Below, piece by piece: positions 10,142 through 19,622 of a stretch of 64,000 nt of DNA. The first letter of the stretch is position 1. Each line of letters opens with the position of its first letter. This DNA comes from a virus. The position numbers and the translations under genes are program-made. The notes beneath the pieces were generated by a model. The model saw only the letters and a program-made list of their open reading frames with translations, had not been told where the DNA came from and did no database searches. The stretch is taken from the IMG/VR virus record IMGVR_UViG_3300009509_000017, positions 6,269-70,268 of that record, one strand, 5' to 3'.

Positions 10142-10609
10142 ATGGCTGCAGGTTTCACGAACAAGGGTCTGTTCACTGTATTGGGTTGGGCAGTGCGTGC
10201 CGACGCGATGCCTACCTATCTCTACGTTGCGCTGTGGACAAGCGCAACGGCACCGGATGCCGACACAAATACGATGTCGGACGGCACACAGATCGCCACT
10301 GGCAACGGGTACGCTGATGGTGGGTACCAGTTGACTCCCGGCGCCACTGATTTTGATGTGCACACCGAAGACGACACCAACGACTACGCTTTTGTGCAGA
10401 TCAAGGACGTGGTGTGGACGGCATCGGGCGGGCCTATCCCATCATCGGGTGGTGGTGCACGGTATGCAGTGCTCACCGATGACAACGCTACAGTGGCCAA
10501 CCGTCTCGTCATCTTCTACTGGGATCTGACGAGTGACCGTAGCGTGTCGGATGGGCAGGCGCTGACATTGCAGAACCTGGAAATGCAGTTGCGGCAGGCC
10601 GCTCCGTAG
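10142..10609 (+). CDS. virion structural protein
   Basis: YLYVAL..GNGYADGG..VVWTASGG pattern typical of phage fibre/base proteins. Confidence 0.7.
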   Translation: MAAGFTNKGLFTVLGWAVRADAMPTYLYVALWTSATAPDADTNTMSDGTQIATGNGYADGGYQLTPGATDFDVHTEDDTNDYAFVQIKDVVWTASGGPIPSSGGGARYAVLTDDNATVANRLVIFYWDLTSDRSVSDGQALTLQNLEMQLRQAAP

Positions 10610-10628
10610 CCAGGCGGAGTGGGCCAGT

Positions 10629-10725
10629 CTCTTCTCCTTGCGGGCGGGATCGTGCAGTAGCGAACCTGGGTCCACCCAGTGGGTGCGGGCACCCTAGCGC
10701 TGCACGGTTCCGCCGAGGGAGGGAG
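10629..10725 (+). ncRNA. structured intergenic RNA candidate
   Basis: 16-bp stem 10643-10658/10699-10714 with 3 G-U pairs, enclosing two short hairpins. Confidence 0.4.
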
Positions 10726-10795
10726 GTAAGGATCGGTTTGCCATACGGAGGACCGACAGGGATGCCTGTTCGGGTTGGTGTCCAGGGATCTAGAC

Positions 10796-12097
10796 ATGGA
10801 TATTGTCGTTGAGTCGTACACAACCGCAACAGACGCCAATGTAACCGAGATCGCATTCAATAAACCTTCTGGTGTCCAGAACGGAGACGTGCTGGTTGCG
10901 TCTTTCATGACTGCCCACAATGCCTCTGAGTCGTTCACCGCACCAAGCGACTGGGTGGTCATCAAGCAACAGTTCTACCAAAATAACTGGACAGCAGGGC
11001 ATCAATACTACAAGGTTATCGCAAACGCAGCCGGAGAGCCGAGTTCGTATACCTGGAGTTGGACAACGTCTGTCGGCAATGTCCAAGGCGGAATAGCCAG
11101 GTGCTCTGGAGTAGACAACATTACCCCCATTGACGTGGCTGCGAGTGCGGGCACTGGCGCCAGTACCACTCCAACCGCGCCTGGCATTACTACCCAATCT
11201 GACAACGCCTTGTTGATATGGGCGGCGAGCAGTCAGTTGAATCCACTTGGCATCACACAGCCATCTGGATTTACTGAGGAATGGGAGACTCAGCTTAACG
11301 AGTTCTCTTATTACGTCCAGGCAACTGCCGGAGATACTGGAAGTCAGCAGGGTACCTTTGGTACGTCACGCAGTTGGGTGGCAATTCTATCAGCACTTCG
11401 GCCAGCGTCAGTTCTACACAAACAAACGGTTGCGGTACAGACAGCAGGGTCGGCCACCGTGACGTATACGAACCTGGCAGTCGGGAGTGGTGTTGACCGC
11501 ACCCTGGTTGCGTATGTCAGCATTGACGATGCAGGTTCTACTACAACGCACATTGACAGCGTTGTATTCAACACGTCAGAGTCGTTCACTTACCGTGCGG
11601 TAGCCGACAATGAGGTTGCTGGCGCAAACACGGTTCGGGTCGAGATTTGGACCCTCGACAACCCGAGCAACACAACAGCGAATGTTGTTGCTACAGCCAG
11701 CGAGGCAGCCAGTGGTCTGTCGATCATCATTAGCGAGTATTGGGGCGCCAATAATGGAGTTGGCGCGAGCGTTGGCAGTGCCACTGGCCTGGGGACCAAT
11801 CCGAGTTGTACATTCAGTACGGGCAGCGCAAGAAGCCTGATCTGTGGCGGGGCCATTGTTCATCAAAACTCTGACCTTGCTTTCACTCCTGGGACTGGAA
11901 CAACAGAAAGATATGAGGGTTACAATGGTACGGCAAGCCTAAACTATGTCGCTGGAGAGGAAGTTGCAACTGGCGGATCGGATACCATTGACTGGACAAT
12001 CGGGACGACTTCATATTGGGCCATTTGTGCCATCGAGTTGTTGGCCGCCGCAGAGGCAGCCGGCAATCCCTGGCAAGTCTATGCCCAACAACAGTAG
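10796..12097 (+). CDS. beta-rich virion fibre/adhesin-like protein
   Basis: Ser/Thr/Gly/Trp-rich, two similar beta domains (KPSGVQNGDVLVA, TAPSDW). Confidence 0.7.
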   Translation: MDIVVESYTTATDANVTEIAFNKPSGVQNGDVLVASFMTAHNASESFTAPSDWVVIKQQFYQNNWTAGHQYYKVIANAAGEPSSYTWSWTTSVGNVQGGIARCSGVDNITPIDVAASAGTGASTTPTAPGITTQSDNALLIWAASSQLNPLGITQPSGFTEEWETQLNEFSYYVQATAGDTGSQQGTFGTSRSWVAILSALRPASVLHKQTVAVQTAGSATVTYTNLAVGSGVDRTLVAYVSIDDAGSTTTHIDSVVFNTSESFTYRAVADNEVAGANTVRVEIWTLDNPSNTTANVVATASEAASGLSIIISEYWGANNGVGASVGSATGLGTNPSCTFSTGSARSLICGGAIVHQNSDLAFTPGTGTTERYEGYNGTASLNYVAGEEVATGGSDTIDWTIGTTSYWAICAIELLAAAEAAGNPWQVYAQQQ

Positions 12098-12111
12098 AGT
12101 GGGAGGCAACT

Positions 12112-12741
12112 ATGCCTGATATGTGGATGAACGTAGACGCGGCCTTGGCGGAAGTCCCAGTCAACATTCTGCCATTGATCGATGATACCGATTTCAAGTC
12201 CAGAGAGACGGCGATAGTCTATAACCAGTCTGGTATGGACTTGGTGTGGAACTTTGTCACTGCTGCCGGCGCATTCACGCAGACCGCTGTAACGCCAACC
12301 ACCAGCGGGGATTACGACTGGACGAACCAGGGGGATGGTATGTATACCATCGAGATCCCGGCGTCTGGTGGTGCATCGATCAACAATGACACGGAAGGCT
12401 ATGGCTGGTTTACCGGGGTGTGTGATGGCGTCCTGCCGTGGAGAGGTCCTGTTATCGGGTTCAGGGTAGCGGGCCAGAACGATCTGACAACTGCCCTGTT
12501 CAACCGGATTGCCGATCATGTCTGGAGACGTGCTAACGGCAGTATTGAGGACTCATCTGATGGTGACACCTATGATGAGCAAAGCCCATATGGCATGGTC
12601 GCCTTTTTCACCAACAAGGTGTCGCCTAGTGGTGGAAACATCGACGTATATGAGGCAGACGGTGTCACGGTGTTTTATTACAGGACGCCGACGACAGATG
12701 CCGGCGCTAACCCGATAACGGGCATGAGCGAGGCAACGTAG
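12112..12741 (+). CDS. putative virion protein
   Basis: GGAGG SD before ATG 12112; GDGMYTIEIP motif. Confidence 0.65.
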   Translation: MPDMWMNVDAALAEVPVNILPLIDDTDFKSRETAIVYNQSGMDLVWNFVTAAGAFTQTAVTPTTSGDYDWTNQGDGMYTIEIPASGGASINNDTEGYGWFTGVCDGVLPWRGPVIGFRVAGQNDLTTALFNRIADHVWRRANGSIEDSSDGDTYDEQSPYGMVAFFTNKVSPSGGNIDVYEADGVTVFYYRTPTTDAGANPITGMSEAT

Positions 12742-12749
12742 GTGTTGCC

Positions 12750-13136
12750 ATGATCCACATCATCTATGGTGACGGCAGTGTATTTAGTGGAGAGTGGCAT
12801 CAGGCACCGTGGTATGACGTCCAGATCGTCATCTACTATGATCCCGATACCGGGTGGACTTTGCGGCATGGCGCAATGGGTCGTAGTCCGTGCGACTTTT
12901 ATAGAATGGATGGCGACTGTGTTGTTGGGATGGACACAGCAGGGATGATTGGCTACGTTATTGAGGATCTACTAGGTCTGGCGACCTGGGATTGTGATTT
13001 GGTACACCTGATCAACGTGGCTGTGAGCAGCGGCCTGGTCAAGATGGGCAAGATGCTGCCGACTGCCGTATGGCAAGCGAGGCATCGGCAGGCTATAGAG
13101 TTTAGGAACAAACTGCTACGAGATGGGGCAACCTAA
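12750..13136 (+). CDS. hypothetical protein
   Basis: 128 aa in the operon. Confidence 0.6.
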   Translation: MIHIIYGDGSVFSGEWHQAPWYDVQIVIYYDPDTGWTLRHGAMGRSPCDFYRMDGDCVVGMDTAGMIGYVIEDLLGLATWDCDLVHLINVAVSSGLVKMGKMLPTAVWQARHRQAIEFRNKLLRDGAT

Positions 13137-15417
13137 TACTGCATGCACCGACTGGAGATTTGCCCAGGCAACTGACAGTCGGAACTGGATAGAGAATGCT
13201 CACGTAACCCTGTCTGATCCAGACAGTTGGATCGACACGGTTATAACCATACGTTACTTGCTGTATAACTCCGGCGATAAGGTGGAGACAGACGGCTACC
13301 GTATGGAGCGGACCATTGATGGTGGCACTAATTGGGTCGCCATCACCGGGTCTGACACGTATGTTCAGTCGGCGGATCACCCATACCGCACAAACGATCA
13401 AGCCACGTCCCAGGAATTGGGCAGCGGGACATTTGATGAGGGTTACTGGATTGATGACGGCCAGTCACCTGAATATCAGTTTGCTAATGGCCAGGAGTCA
13501 GAGAACGAGTTTTCTTTTAAGTTCACGACAGCTTGCGCTGGAGAGACCGTCGAGATCCGCATAGCCTTTGATGATGGTACTCCCCTGGATGGCTATACCT
13601 ATAGCAATCCAAGTCTTACCTTTTCACCTAACGAGGTCATTGTCACACCCGCAGCCGGCTATGCCATCGGCTACGGGCTGGACCCAACGGTCATCCTGGG
13701 CAGCGTCACCGTCTCCCCTGCCAGCGGCTATGCCATCGGCTACGGGCTGGACCCAACGGTGGTGCTTGGCAGTATCACCCTGTCGCCTGCCAGCGGCTAT
13801 GCCATCGGCTACGGGCTGGACCCAACGGTCATCCTGGGCAGTATCACCGTCTCCCCGGCCAGTGGTTACGCAATCGGCTATGGGTTGGACCCAACGGTGG
13901 TGCTTGGCAGCATCACTGTCTCCCCGGCCAGCGGCTATGCCATCGGCTACGGGCTGGACCCAACAGTACTTGTTGGGGCTGGCGCCGACATTACTAGATT
14001 TCTTTGGATCGTAACCGCTGCGCCTGCGGGAGTCACCATATCGCCTGCGGCGGGCTACGCAATCGGCTATGGGTTGGACCCAACGGTCATCCTGGGCAGC
14101 ATCACTGTCTCCCCTGCCAGTGGCTACGCCATCGGCTACGGGCTGGACCCAACGGTGGTGCTTGGCAGCATCACCCTGTCGCCTGCCAGTGGTTACGCAA
14201 TCGGCTATGGGCTGGACCCAACAGTCATCCTGGGCAGTATCACCGTCTCCCCGGCCAGTGGTTACGCAATTGGCTACGGGCTGGACCCAACGGTCATCCT
14301 GGGCAGTATCACCCTGTCGCCTGCCAGCGGCTACGCAATCGGCTATGGGCTGGACCCAACAGTTATCCTGGGCAGTGTCACCGTCTCCCCGGCCAGTGGC
14401 TACGCCATCGGTTATGGTGTTGATCCCACGGTGGTTGCTGGCGGAGACGTTGTAGTTCAGCCTGCCAGTGGCTATGCCATCGGCTACGGGCTGGACCCAA
14501 CGGTCATCCTGGGCAGCGTCACCGTCTCCCCGGCCAGTGGCTATGCCATCGGCTACGGGCTGGACCCAACAGTCGTCCTGGGCAGTATCACCGTCTCCCC
14601 GGCCAGTGGCTATGCCATCGGCTACGGGCTGGACCCCACCGTCCTTGTTGGCGATATAATACTGCAGCCTGCAGCGGGCTATGCAATCGGCTACGGGCTG
14701 GACCCAACAGTTGTCCTGGGCAGTATCACCCTGTCGCCTGCCAGCGGCTACGCAATCGGCTATGGGTTGGACCCAACGGTGGTGCTTGGCAGTATCACCC
14801 TGTCGCCTGCCAGCGGCTACGCAATCGGCTACGGGCTGGACCCCACCGTCCTTGTTGGCGATATAATACTGCAGCCTGCAGCGGGCTATGCAATCGGCTA
14901 TGGGTTGGACCCAACGGTCATCCTGGGCAGTATCACCGTCTCCCCGGCCAGTGGTTACGCAATCGGCTACGGGCTGGACCCAACAGTCGTCCTGGGCAGT
15001 ATCACCGTCTCCCCGGCCAGTGGCTATGCCATCGGCTACGGGCTGGACCCCACCGTTATTGTTGGCGATATAATACTGCAGCCTGCAGCGGGCTACGCAA
15101 TCGGCTATGGGTTGGACCCAACGGTGGTGCTTGGCAGTATCACCCTGTCGCCTGCCAGCGGCTACGCCATCGGCTATGGGCTGGACCCATGGGTCATTCA
15201 GAGCAGTTTGGTGATCAGTCCCACCAGCGGTTATGCCATCGGCTACGGACTGGACCCAACGGTGACCATTGGCTTTGCTATAGTGATCTCCCTAGATGCA
15301 GACAGTTATGTTTGCACGGAACTGGAGTCTGGCACAAGTCATGTCTATACAGAAGACGGATCTCCCAGTAGAGTGTGGTATGATCTGGCGATAGAATGTT
15401 ACATATCGGGGGTGTAA
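13123..15417 (+). CDS. repeat-rich fibre-like protein (23 x 23-aa repeats)
   Basis: SPASGYAIGYGLDPTV(I/V)LGSIT(V/L) repeats. Confidence 0.85.
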   Translation: MGQPNTACTDWRFAQATDSRNWIENAHVTLSDPDSWIDTVITIRYLLYNSGDKVETDGYRMERTIDGGTNWVAITGSDTYVQSADHPYRTNDQATSQELGSGTFDEGYWIDDGQSPEYQFANGQESENEFSFKFTTACAGETVEIRIAFDDGTPLDGYTYSNPSLTFSPNEVIVTPAAGYAIGYGLDPTVILGSVTVSPASGYAIGYGLDPTVVLGSITLSPASGYAIGYGLDPTVILGSITVSPASGYAIGYGLDPTVVLGSITVSPASGYAIGYGLDPTVLVGAGADITRFLWIVTAAPAGVTISPAAGYAIGYGLDPTVILGSITVSPASGYAIGYGLDPTVVLGSITLSPASGYAIGYGLDPTVILGSITVSPASGYAIGYGLDPTVILGSITLSPASGYAIGYGLDPTVILGSVTVSPASGYAIGYGVDPTVVAGGDVVVQPASGYAIGYGLDPTVILGSVTVSPASGYAIGYGLDPTVVLGSITVSPASGYAIGYGLDPTVLVGDIILQPAAGYAIGYGLDPTVVLGSITLSPASGYAIGYGLDPTVVLGSITLSPASGYAIGYGLDPTVLVGDIILQPAAGYAIGYGLDPTVILGSITVSPASGYAIGYGLDPTVVLGSITVSPASGYAIGYGLDPTVIVGDIILQPAAGYAIGYGLDPTVVLGSITLSPASGYAIGYGLDPWVIQSSLVISPTSGYAIGYGLDPTVTIGFAIVISLDADSYVCTELESGTSHVYTEDGSPSRVWYDLAIECYISGV
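13645..15270 (+). repeat. 69-bp coding tandem repeat, 23 copies, with a 207-bp higher-order unit
   Basis: Units seen directly; every third unit in the distal half is the VGDIILQPAA variant. Confidence 0.95.
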
Positions 15418-15735
15418 ATGGATACAGTAACTCCTGCCAAAGGTGATTGGGGTGCCATAGTAACCTTTACAATGTACAGGCAAGATGGCGCCATCTTGTC
15501 TCTTGAAACTGCCAGTGCTGTTAAATGTCACATAACAAAGCCGGATGGAGAAACCACAATACTGGTCGGCTCAATAGTCGGGGACGGTACAGCCGGACAG
15601 TTTACAGTGACGATAGTCCAGGGGACATTCTCGCAAAGCGGCGAATATGTGGCAGAGCCAGAGGTAGAGTTTGCCAATGGCGAGTTTGTGGGAACCGTGT
15701 ACAGGTTTGTGGTGAGACCGTCTGCGAGGTCATAA
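15418..15735 (+). CDS. BppU-N-like Ig-fold baseplate/fibre protein
   Basis: KGDWG..ITKPDG..G.Y.AE.EV pattern. Confidence 0.55.
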   Translation: MDTVTPAKGDWGAIVTFTMYRQDGAILSLETASAVKCHITKPDGETTILVGSIVGDGTAGQFTVTIVQGTFSQSGEYVAEPEVEFANGEFVGTVYRFVVRPSARS

Positions 15736-15736
15736 G

Positions 15737-16426
15737 ATGTGGCCAATCAAGGTGAAGAGTTTTGAGCAATTAACATCTGCTGGCGTCCTATCGAAACACA
15801 TACGGCGCAACCTGGTACTGGACCTTATAAGCCGATGGCTTGTCGTTGCCGCAGTTGTAGGTGGTGTATATGCATATCTGGCCGGAGAAAACACTGCGGT
15901 TCAATACAGGCTGTACTGGGCTAGTGGGATTGCGCTTCTCTCATCGCTGGCAGTGATTCTCCTAAAGCGGGTGGATTACCGGGTCCGTGGCAGCGTGTTG
16001 TTGTTAGCCCTCTTTGTCGCCGGCTATATTAGCGAGGTGGACCCCAACTGTCTCTTCTACGGGAGATCGACCGTCTTTTTTGCCCTGCTGATTGTTATGG
16101 CGCCGATCACTGTGTCGCCGCATGCGTCGTTCGGCGTGTGGCTCGTGGTTCAGGCGGCAACGATCATCTATTGTGTTGGACATTGTGCAACATATCCGGT
16201 TTATACATCTGTGATCCTATTACTAGTTGCTTTTGTGTCCTGGGTGACGGTATCAAGGTTAGACCGTATAGTGGACACGCTGGAGGCAGAACGGCAAAGG
16301 GCACAGGGACGATTAGATGAGGTAACGAGTGCCATAGAGGTTATAGTGGACATGGAGCAAAAGTCTTTACGGCACGCGAGGATTTCATGGCAGCAGAGGG
16401 ACACAACGATAGTATCACTAGACTGA
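15737..16426 (+). CDS. multi-pass membrane protein with C-terminal coiled coil
   Basis: About 6 TM segments. Confidence 0.7.
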   Translation: MWPIKVKSFEQLTSAGVLSKHIRRNLVLDLISRWLVVAAVVGGVYAYLAGENTAVQYRLYWASGIALLSSLAVILLKRVDYRVRGSVLLLALFVAGYISEVDPNCLFYGRSTVFFALLIVMAPITVSPHASFGVWLVVQAATIIYCVGHCATYPVYTSVILLLVAFVSWVTVSRLDRIVDTLEAERQRAQGRLDEVTSAIEVIVDMEQKSLRHARISWQQRDTTIVSLD

Positions 16427-16743
16427 TTGAAGTCACCGAGCGCAAAGTCAGAGAGGAAGAACGTGTACGCCAACTGCTTGTTGGCATAGAGGGTGGACAG
16501 GTCACCTTACGTGACGATATCAGATCGTTATCTCAACAGGTCGAGACGCTGTCGCGGTGTGTCGGAGGTATCCAACAGATGGTCAGCCTGATGGCCCAAT
16601 ACATGGCCATTGTGGCCGGCAGAGACACTGACCAGGTGGATGCGATCACCAGGGAACTACTGTCCAAAACAGGCATATCGTTCGGGGACAGTGCGCAGGT
16701 CGGTGTCGGCGGAGACATGGTTGGTGGAGACAAGGGGGGATAG
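16387..16743 (+). CDS. coiled-coil protein with C-terminal GISFGD..GDMVGGDK motif
   Basis: ORF track; motif at the extreme C-terminus. Confidence 0.65.
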   Translation: MAAEGHNDSITRLIEVTERKVREEERVRQLLVGIEGGQVTLRDDIRSLSQQVETLSRCVGGIQQMVSLMAQYMAIVAGRDTDQVDAITRELLSKTGISFGDSAQVGVGGDMVGGDKGG

Positions 16744-17060
16744 TGGGCATAGAGTTTGGAGACAAAGCGCAAGTAGAGATACACGGAGACATGGTCGGTG
16801 GCAGTAAAATCACCGTAACGCCTGATGCCTGGCGAGCGGCTGCATCCATAATCGCCAGTGGAAGAATGCCCTTGGGTGACAAGGAAGAGGCTACGATGTC
16901 CCTGTCTGCACTGCGGGCAGAACTTGAAAAAGACGAGCCTAACGGACGCCTGGTACACATTCTTGCCGAGGGACTGAAAAGGTTGGCACCGGCAGCGTTT
17001 CAGGTGCTCGTGGCTGCAGCGCCAGAGCTTGTGAAGCTCATCCCCGCACTTGTATCATGA
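16743..17060 (+). CDS. small helical protein with N-terminal GIEFGD..GDMVGGSK motif
   Basis: GTG start overlapping the previous stop, GGGGGA SD. Confidence 0.65.
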   Translation: MGIEFGDKAQVEIHGDMVGGSKITVTPDAWRAAASIIASGRMPLGDKEEATMSLSALRAELEKDEPNGRLVHILAEGLKRLAPAAFQVLVAAAPELVKLIPALVS

Positions 17061-17407
17061 TGGATTTCACGGTGCCCAGGCCAGTCATCACGGTGATGAG
17101 TGGCGAGCGCAGGAGAGGCTTTGTCGGCGTCAATGTGAGTGCCGCATCTAGTGACCAGGTAGACGTTGTGTACGCACGCCTAGAGAAACATGCCAGAAAC
17201 CTGGCCAATAATGACGGCATAGATTGGGATGCCGGCAACATATTTATGTTGGGCATCGTTATGCCGTGCGGTTCTAGGTTCCTGTTCAGGCGAGCAGACG
17301 ATATGCCGCGAGAGACGCTGCCGTGCAACTGTGGCGATCCGGACCATATCGTGGTCAAGATCTCAGTGGAAGCTACAGCAGGTATACGCCAGCCAGTTTG
17401 GCCTTGA
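17057..17407 (+). CDS. hypothetical protein
   Basis: ATGA overlap; PCG...PCNCG. Confidence 0.55.
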   Translation: MMDFTVPRPVITVMSGERRRGFVGVNVSAASSDQVDVVYARLEKHARNLANNDGIDWDAGNIFMLGIVMPCGSRFLFRRADDMPRETLPCNCGDPDHIVVKISVEATAGIRQPVWP

Positions 17408-17432
17408 CAAAGTTTCGGTTTTGGTCTAAAAT
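17404..17432 (+). promoter_or_regulatory. sigma70-type promoter for the head operon
   Basis: TTGACA-N17-TAAAAT. Confidence 0.8.
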
Positions 17433-17452
17433 GCTATGGAGGGTTAGCACAC

Positions 17453-19072
17453 ATGCCTTACGATAAGATCAAGGGGCACTCTGAATGCGGGCGGGAACAG
17501 ATTGCCGTTGTCTCCCCAACAGGCGCAGTTCTTGGCTGTCATGACTCCGAAGAGAGCGCAAACAAGCAGATCGCTGCGCTGATGGCCCAAGAGGACAATT
17601 CCAGATGGGTAGATGAGTACTCTGCAGACAAGGTCTTGGCAGGCGAGCCTGTCATGCTCTTGCCTCTGATGCCCGGTGGTTACTACAGATGGGGTGCTGA
17701 GAGGGACCCGATCACCGAGGTTATCCTGCAGCAGATGCTCATGAACTTTGACAAGCGGGCGGAGATACCTGGTCTTGTCAAGAATCTGCCTCTCAACATT
17801 GAGCATGATGAGATAGCTGGCAAGATCGGCAGTATCATCAAGCTAGAGATAGGCGAAGGTGGGCTATATGCCTACTTTGATCTGTCCCCCAAGGGTACCG
17901 AGTTATTGCAGGCCGGCGCATTCGAGTACCTTTCTCCAGAGATCGTGTGGGATTTTGAGGACATCACAACCGGCATGGCAGTTGGTCCTACCCTGGTCGG
18001 CGCTGCAGTCACAAACTATCCATTCTTTGGTGAAGCTACTGCCATGTATAGTGACCGGGCTGCAGCCAGGATCGTAGAAACCTTCTCTATGCGACCAGCG
18101 GGCGACGAGGATCAAACCGGAGAGGTCCTAGATCACGTGCAGGAAGCGTGGCACCTGGTGGAAGACCTGGGGTTTAGGGTCAGCGATTTAGCCGGGTTCG
18201 CAGAGCATCCAATAGGTCCTTTAGGGCAGATGTTCTTTGCCCTTGGAAAAGAGCGTCGAGTGCAGTTCTACCTTGCCTTGGCGCTATGTGAGGCACAAGA
18301 GGGGGATGACGGAAACGAGTACCCCAGGAGTGCCTATCTGGACACAGACAGTGAGCCGTGGCGATATCGTGTCAAATCCTATGGTGATGGCTACAAGCTG
18401 CAGTACGACAGGCGCCTGGTGCAGCAAGCCTATATCGACATGGCAGAGCACGAGCCGGATCGCCTTAGTCGGCACATTGCGCTGTGGGAGTGGAATGTAG
18501 ATCTCTATTCACAGGAGGGTACAAACATGCCGGGTAGTGAAGAGCAGACCGTGAGCATCGAGCAGTTCACGGCATTGCAGGAACAGCAGGAAGAGTTTGC
18601 CAGGCAGATCGGTGCCTTGACCGGGCAGGTGGCAGAGCGAGACGCCAGGATCGAACAGATGCGCCAAGAGCGTGTTGTCGAGCGTTTCAGCCATGAGGCA
18701 GAAGGCTACTCAGCACTAGGTGTTGAGATCAGCGAGTATGCCGAACACATGACCTGGCTGGTCGGTGTTGACCCTGACGGTGAGCACCTGGAGTGGTTCA
18801 GGACCACGCTTTCGACTGCCGACGCTGCCTTGGCTCAATCAGACGCTTTCCGTAGCAGGGGGACCAGTGAGCAGGCGCCCGCTGGACATGACCCGTTTGC
18901 ACGGATTCAGGCACTGATGGATGTCAAGGCGAAGGAACGTGGGGTGGCGCTCAAGATTGGCACATCCACGTACAACGAGATCATGACTGAGGTCATGAAT
19001 GAGAACCCTGCCCTGGTTGAGCAGTACCGGGTCGGGCTGATCTCTGGCAGCAGCGAGCCGCCAGCGGACTAG
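17453..19072 (+). CDS. Mu-like prohead protease with C-terminal scaffold
   Basis: LNIEH, YLSPE and LVGAAVTNYPF motifs; internal AGGAGGG-ATG at 18527 could give a nested scaffold protein. Confidence 0.85.
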   Translation: MPYDKIKGHSECGREQIAVVSPTGAVLGCHDSEESANKQIAALMAQEDNSRWVDEYSADKVLAGEPVMLLPLMPGGYYRWGAERDPITEVILQQMLMNFDKRAEIPGLVKNLPLNIEHDEIAGKIGSIIKLEIGEGGLYAYFDLSPKGTELLQAGAFEYLSPEIVWDFEDITTGMAVGPTLVGAAVTNYPFFGEATAMYSDRAAARIVETFSMRPAGDEDQTGEVLDHVQEAWHLVEDLGFRVSDLAGFAEHPIGPLGQMFFALGKERRVQFYLALALCEAQEGDDGNEYPRSAYLDTDSEPWRYRVKSYGDGYKLQYDRRLVQQAYIDMAEHEPDRLSRHIALWEWNVDLYSQEGTNMPGSEEQTVSIEQFTALQEQQEEFARQIGALTGQVAERDARIEQMRQERVVERFSHEAEGYSALGVEISEYAEHMTWLVGVDPDGEHLEWFRTTLSTADAALAQSDAFRSRGTSEQAPAGHDPFARIQALMDVKAKERGVALKIGTSTYNEIMTEVMNENPALVEQYRVGLISGSSEPPAD

Positions 19073-19122
19073 ATCTGGACAGCTACGGCTAGCCAGGTAT
19101 ACCATCAGAAGGAGTCTGAAAC

Positions 19123-19563
19123 ATGGCAGTAAAGGGAGCGTTTGACATCAGGCGTGGGATCATCACTGCCGCCGATCTCAGTGCTCACAAGTTCAAGGTT
19201 GTGGAACTGAGCAGTGGCGAGATTCGGGTGCCGCCCGCAGCTAGCGGGGATGGTGGAGAGGTCATCGGTGTGCTGCAGGATGCCGTTGGCGACAACCTGA
19301 TGGGGGAAGTGGTCGTGTTCGGTTACTCCAAGGTTATTGCCGGGGAGGCCATCAGCATCGGTGACTATCTCGTTGCCGAGGGCAGCGATACCGCTGCAGA
19401 GGCTGGCCGGGTGTTGGCAGCCACTCTCAACGGTGACGAGACCGTAGCGGACGAGGTTGTCATTGGCCGGGCACTGTCTGCGGCATCGGCGGCCAATGAA
19501 ATCATCGAAGCCTTTGTCTGGCCAGTCATGGGCAACCAGACCAACCGGACCTACACGCCCTAG
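19123..19563 (+). CDS. capsid decoration/cement protein
   Basis: AGEAISIGD..GRAL motif, directly upstream of the capsid gene. Confidence 0.7.
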   Translation: MAVKGAFDIRRGIITAADLSAHKFKVVELSSGEIRVPPAASGDGGEVIGVLQDAVGDNLMGEVVVFGYSKVIAGEAISIGDYLVAEGSDTAAEAGRVLAATLNGDETVADEVVIGRALSAASAANEIIEAFVWPVMGNQTNRTYTP

Positions 19564-19622
19564 TGGTGATGGGCAGGTTGTGATCTAGGCTTTTCTCAGA
19601 AACTCTATGGAGGGTTAGTACA

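Noticed and set aside
13645-15270. Diversity-generating retroelement or non-coding repeat array
   Set aside because: No reverse transcriptase in the window; the variation is in-frame and largely synonymous, not adenine-specific.
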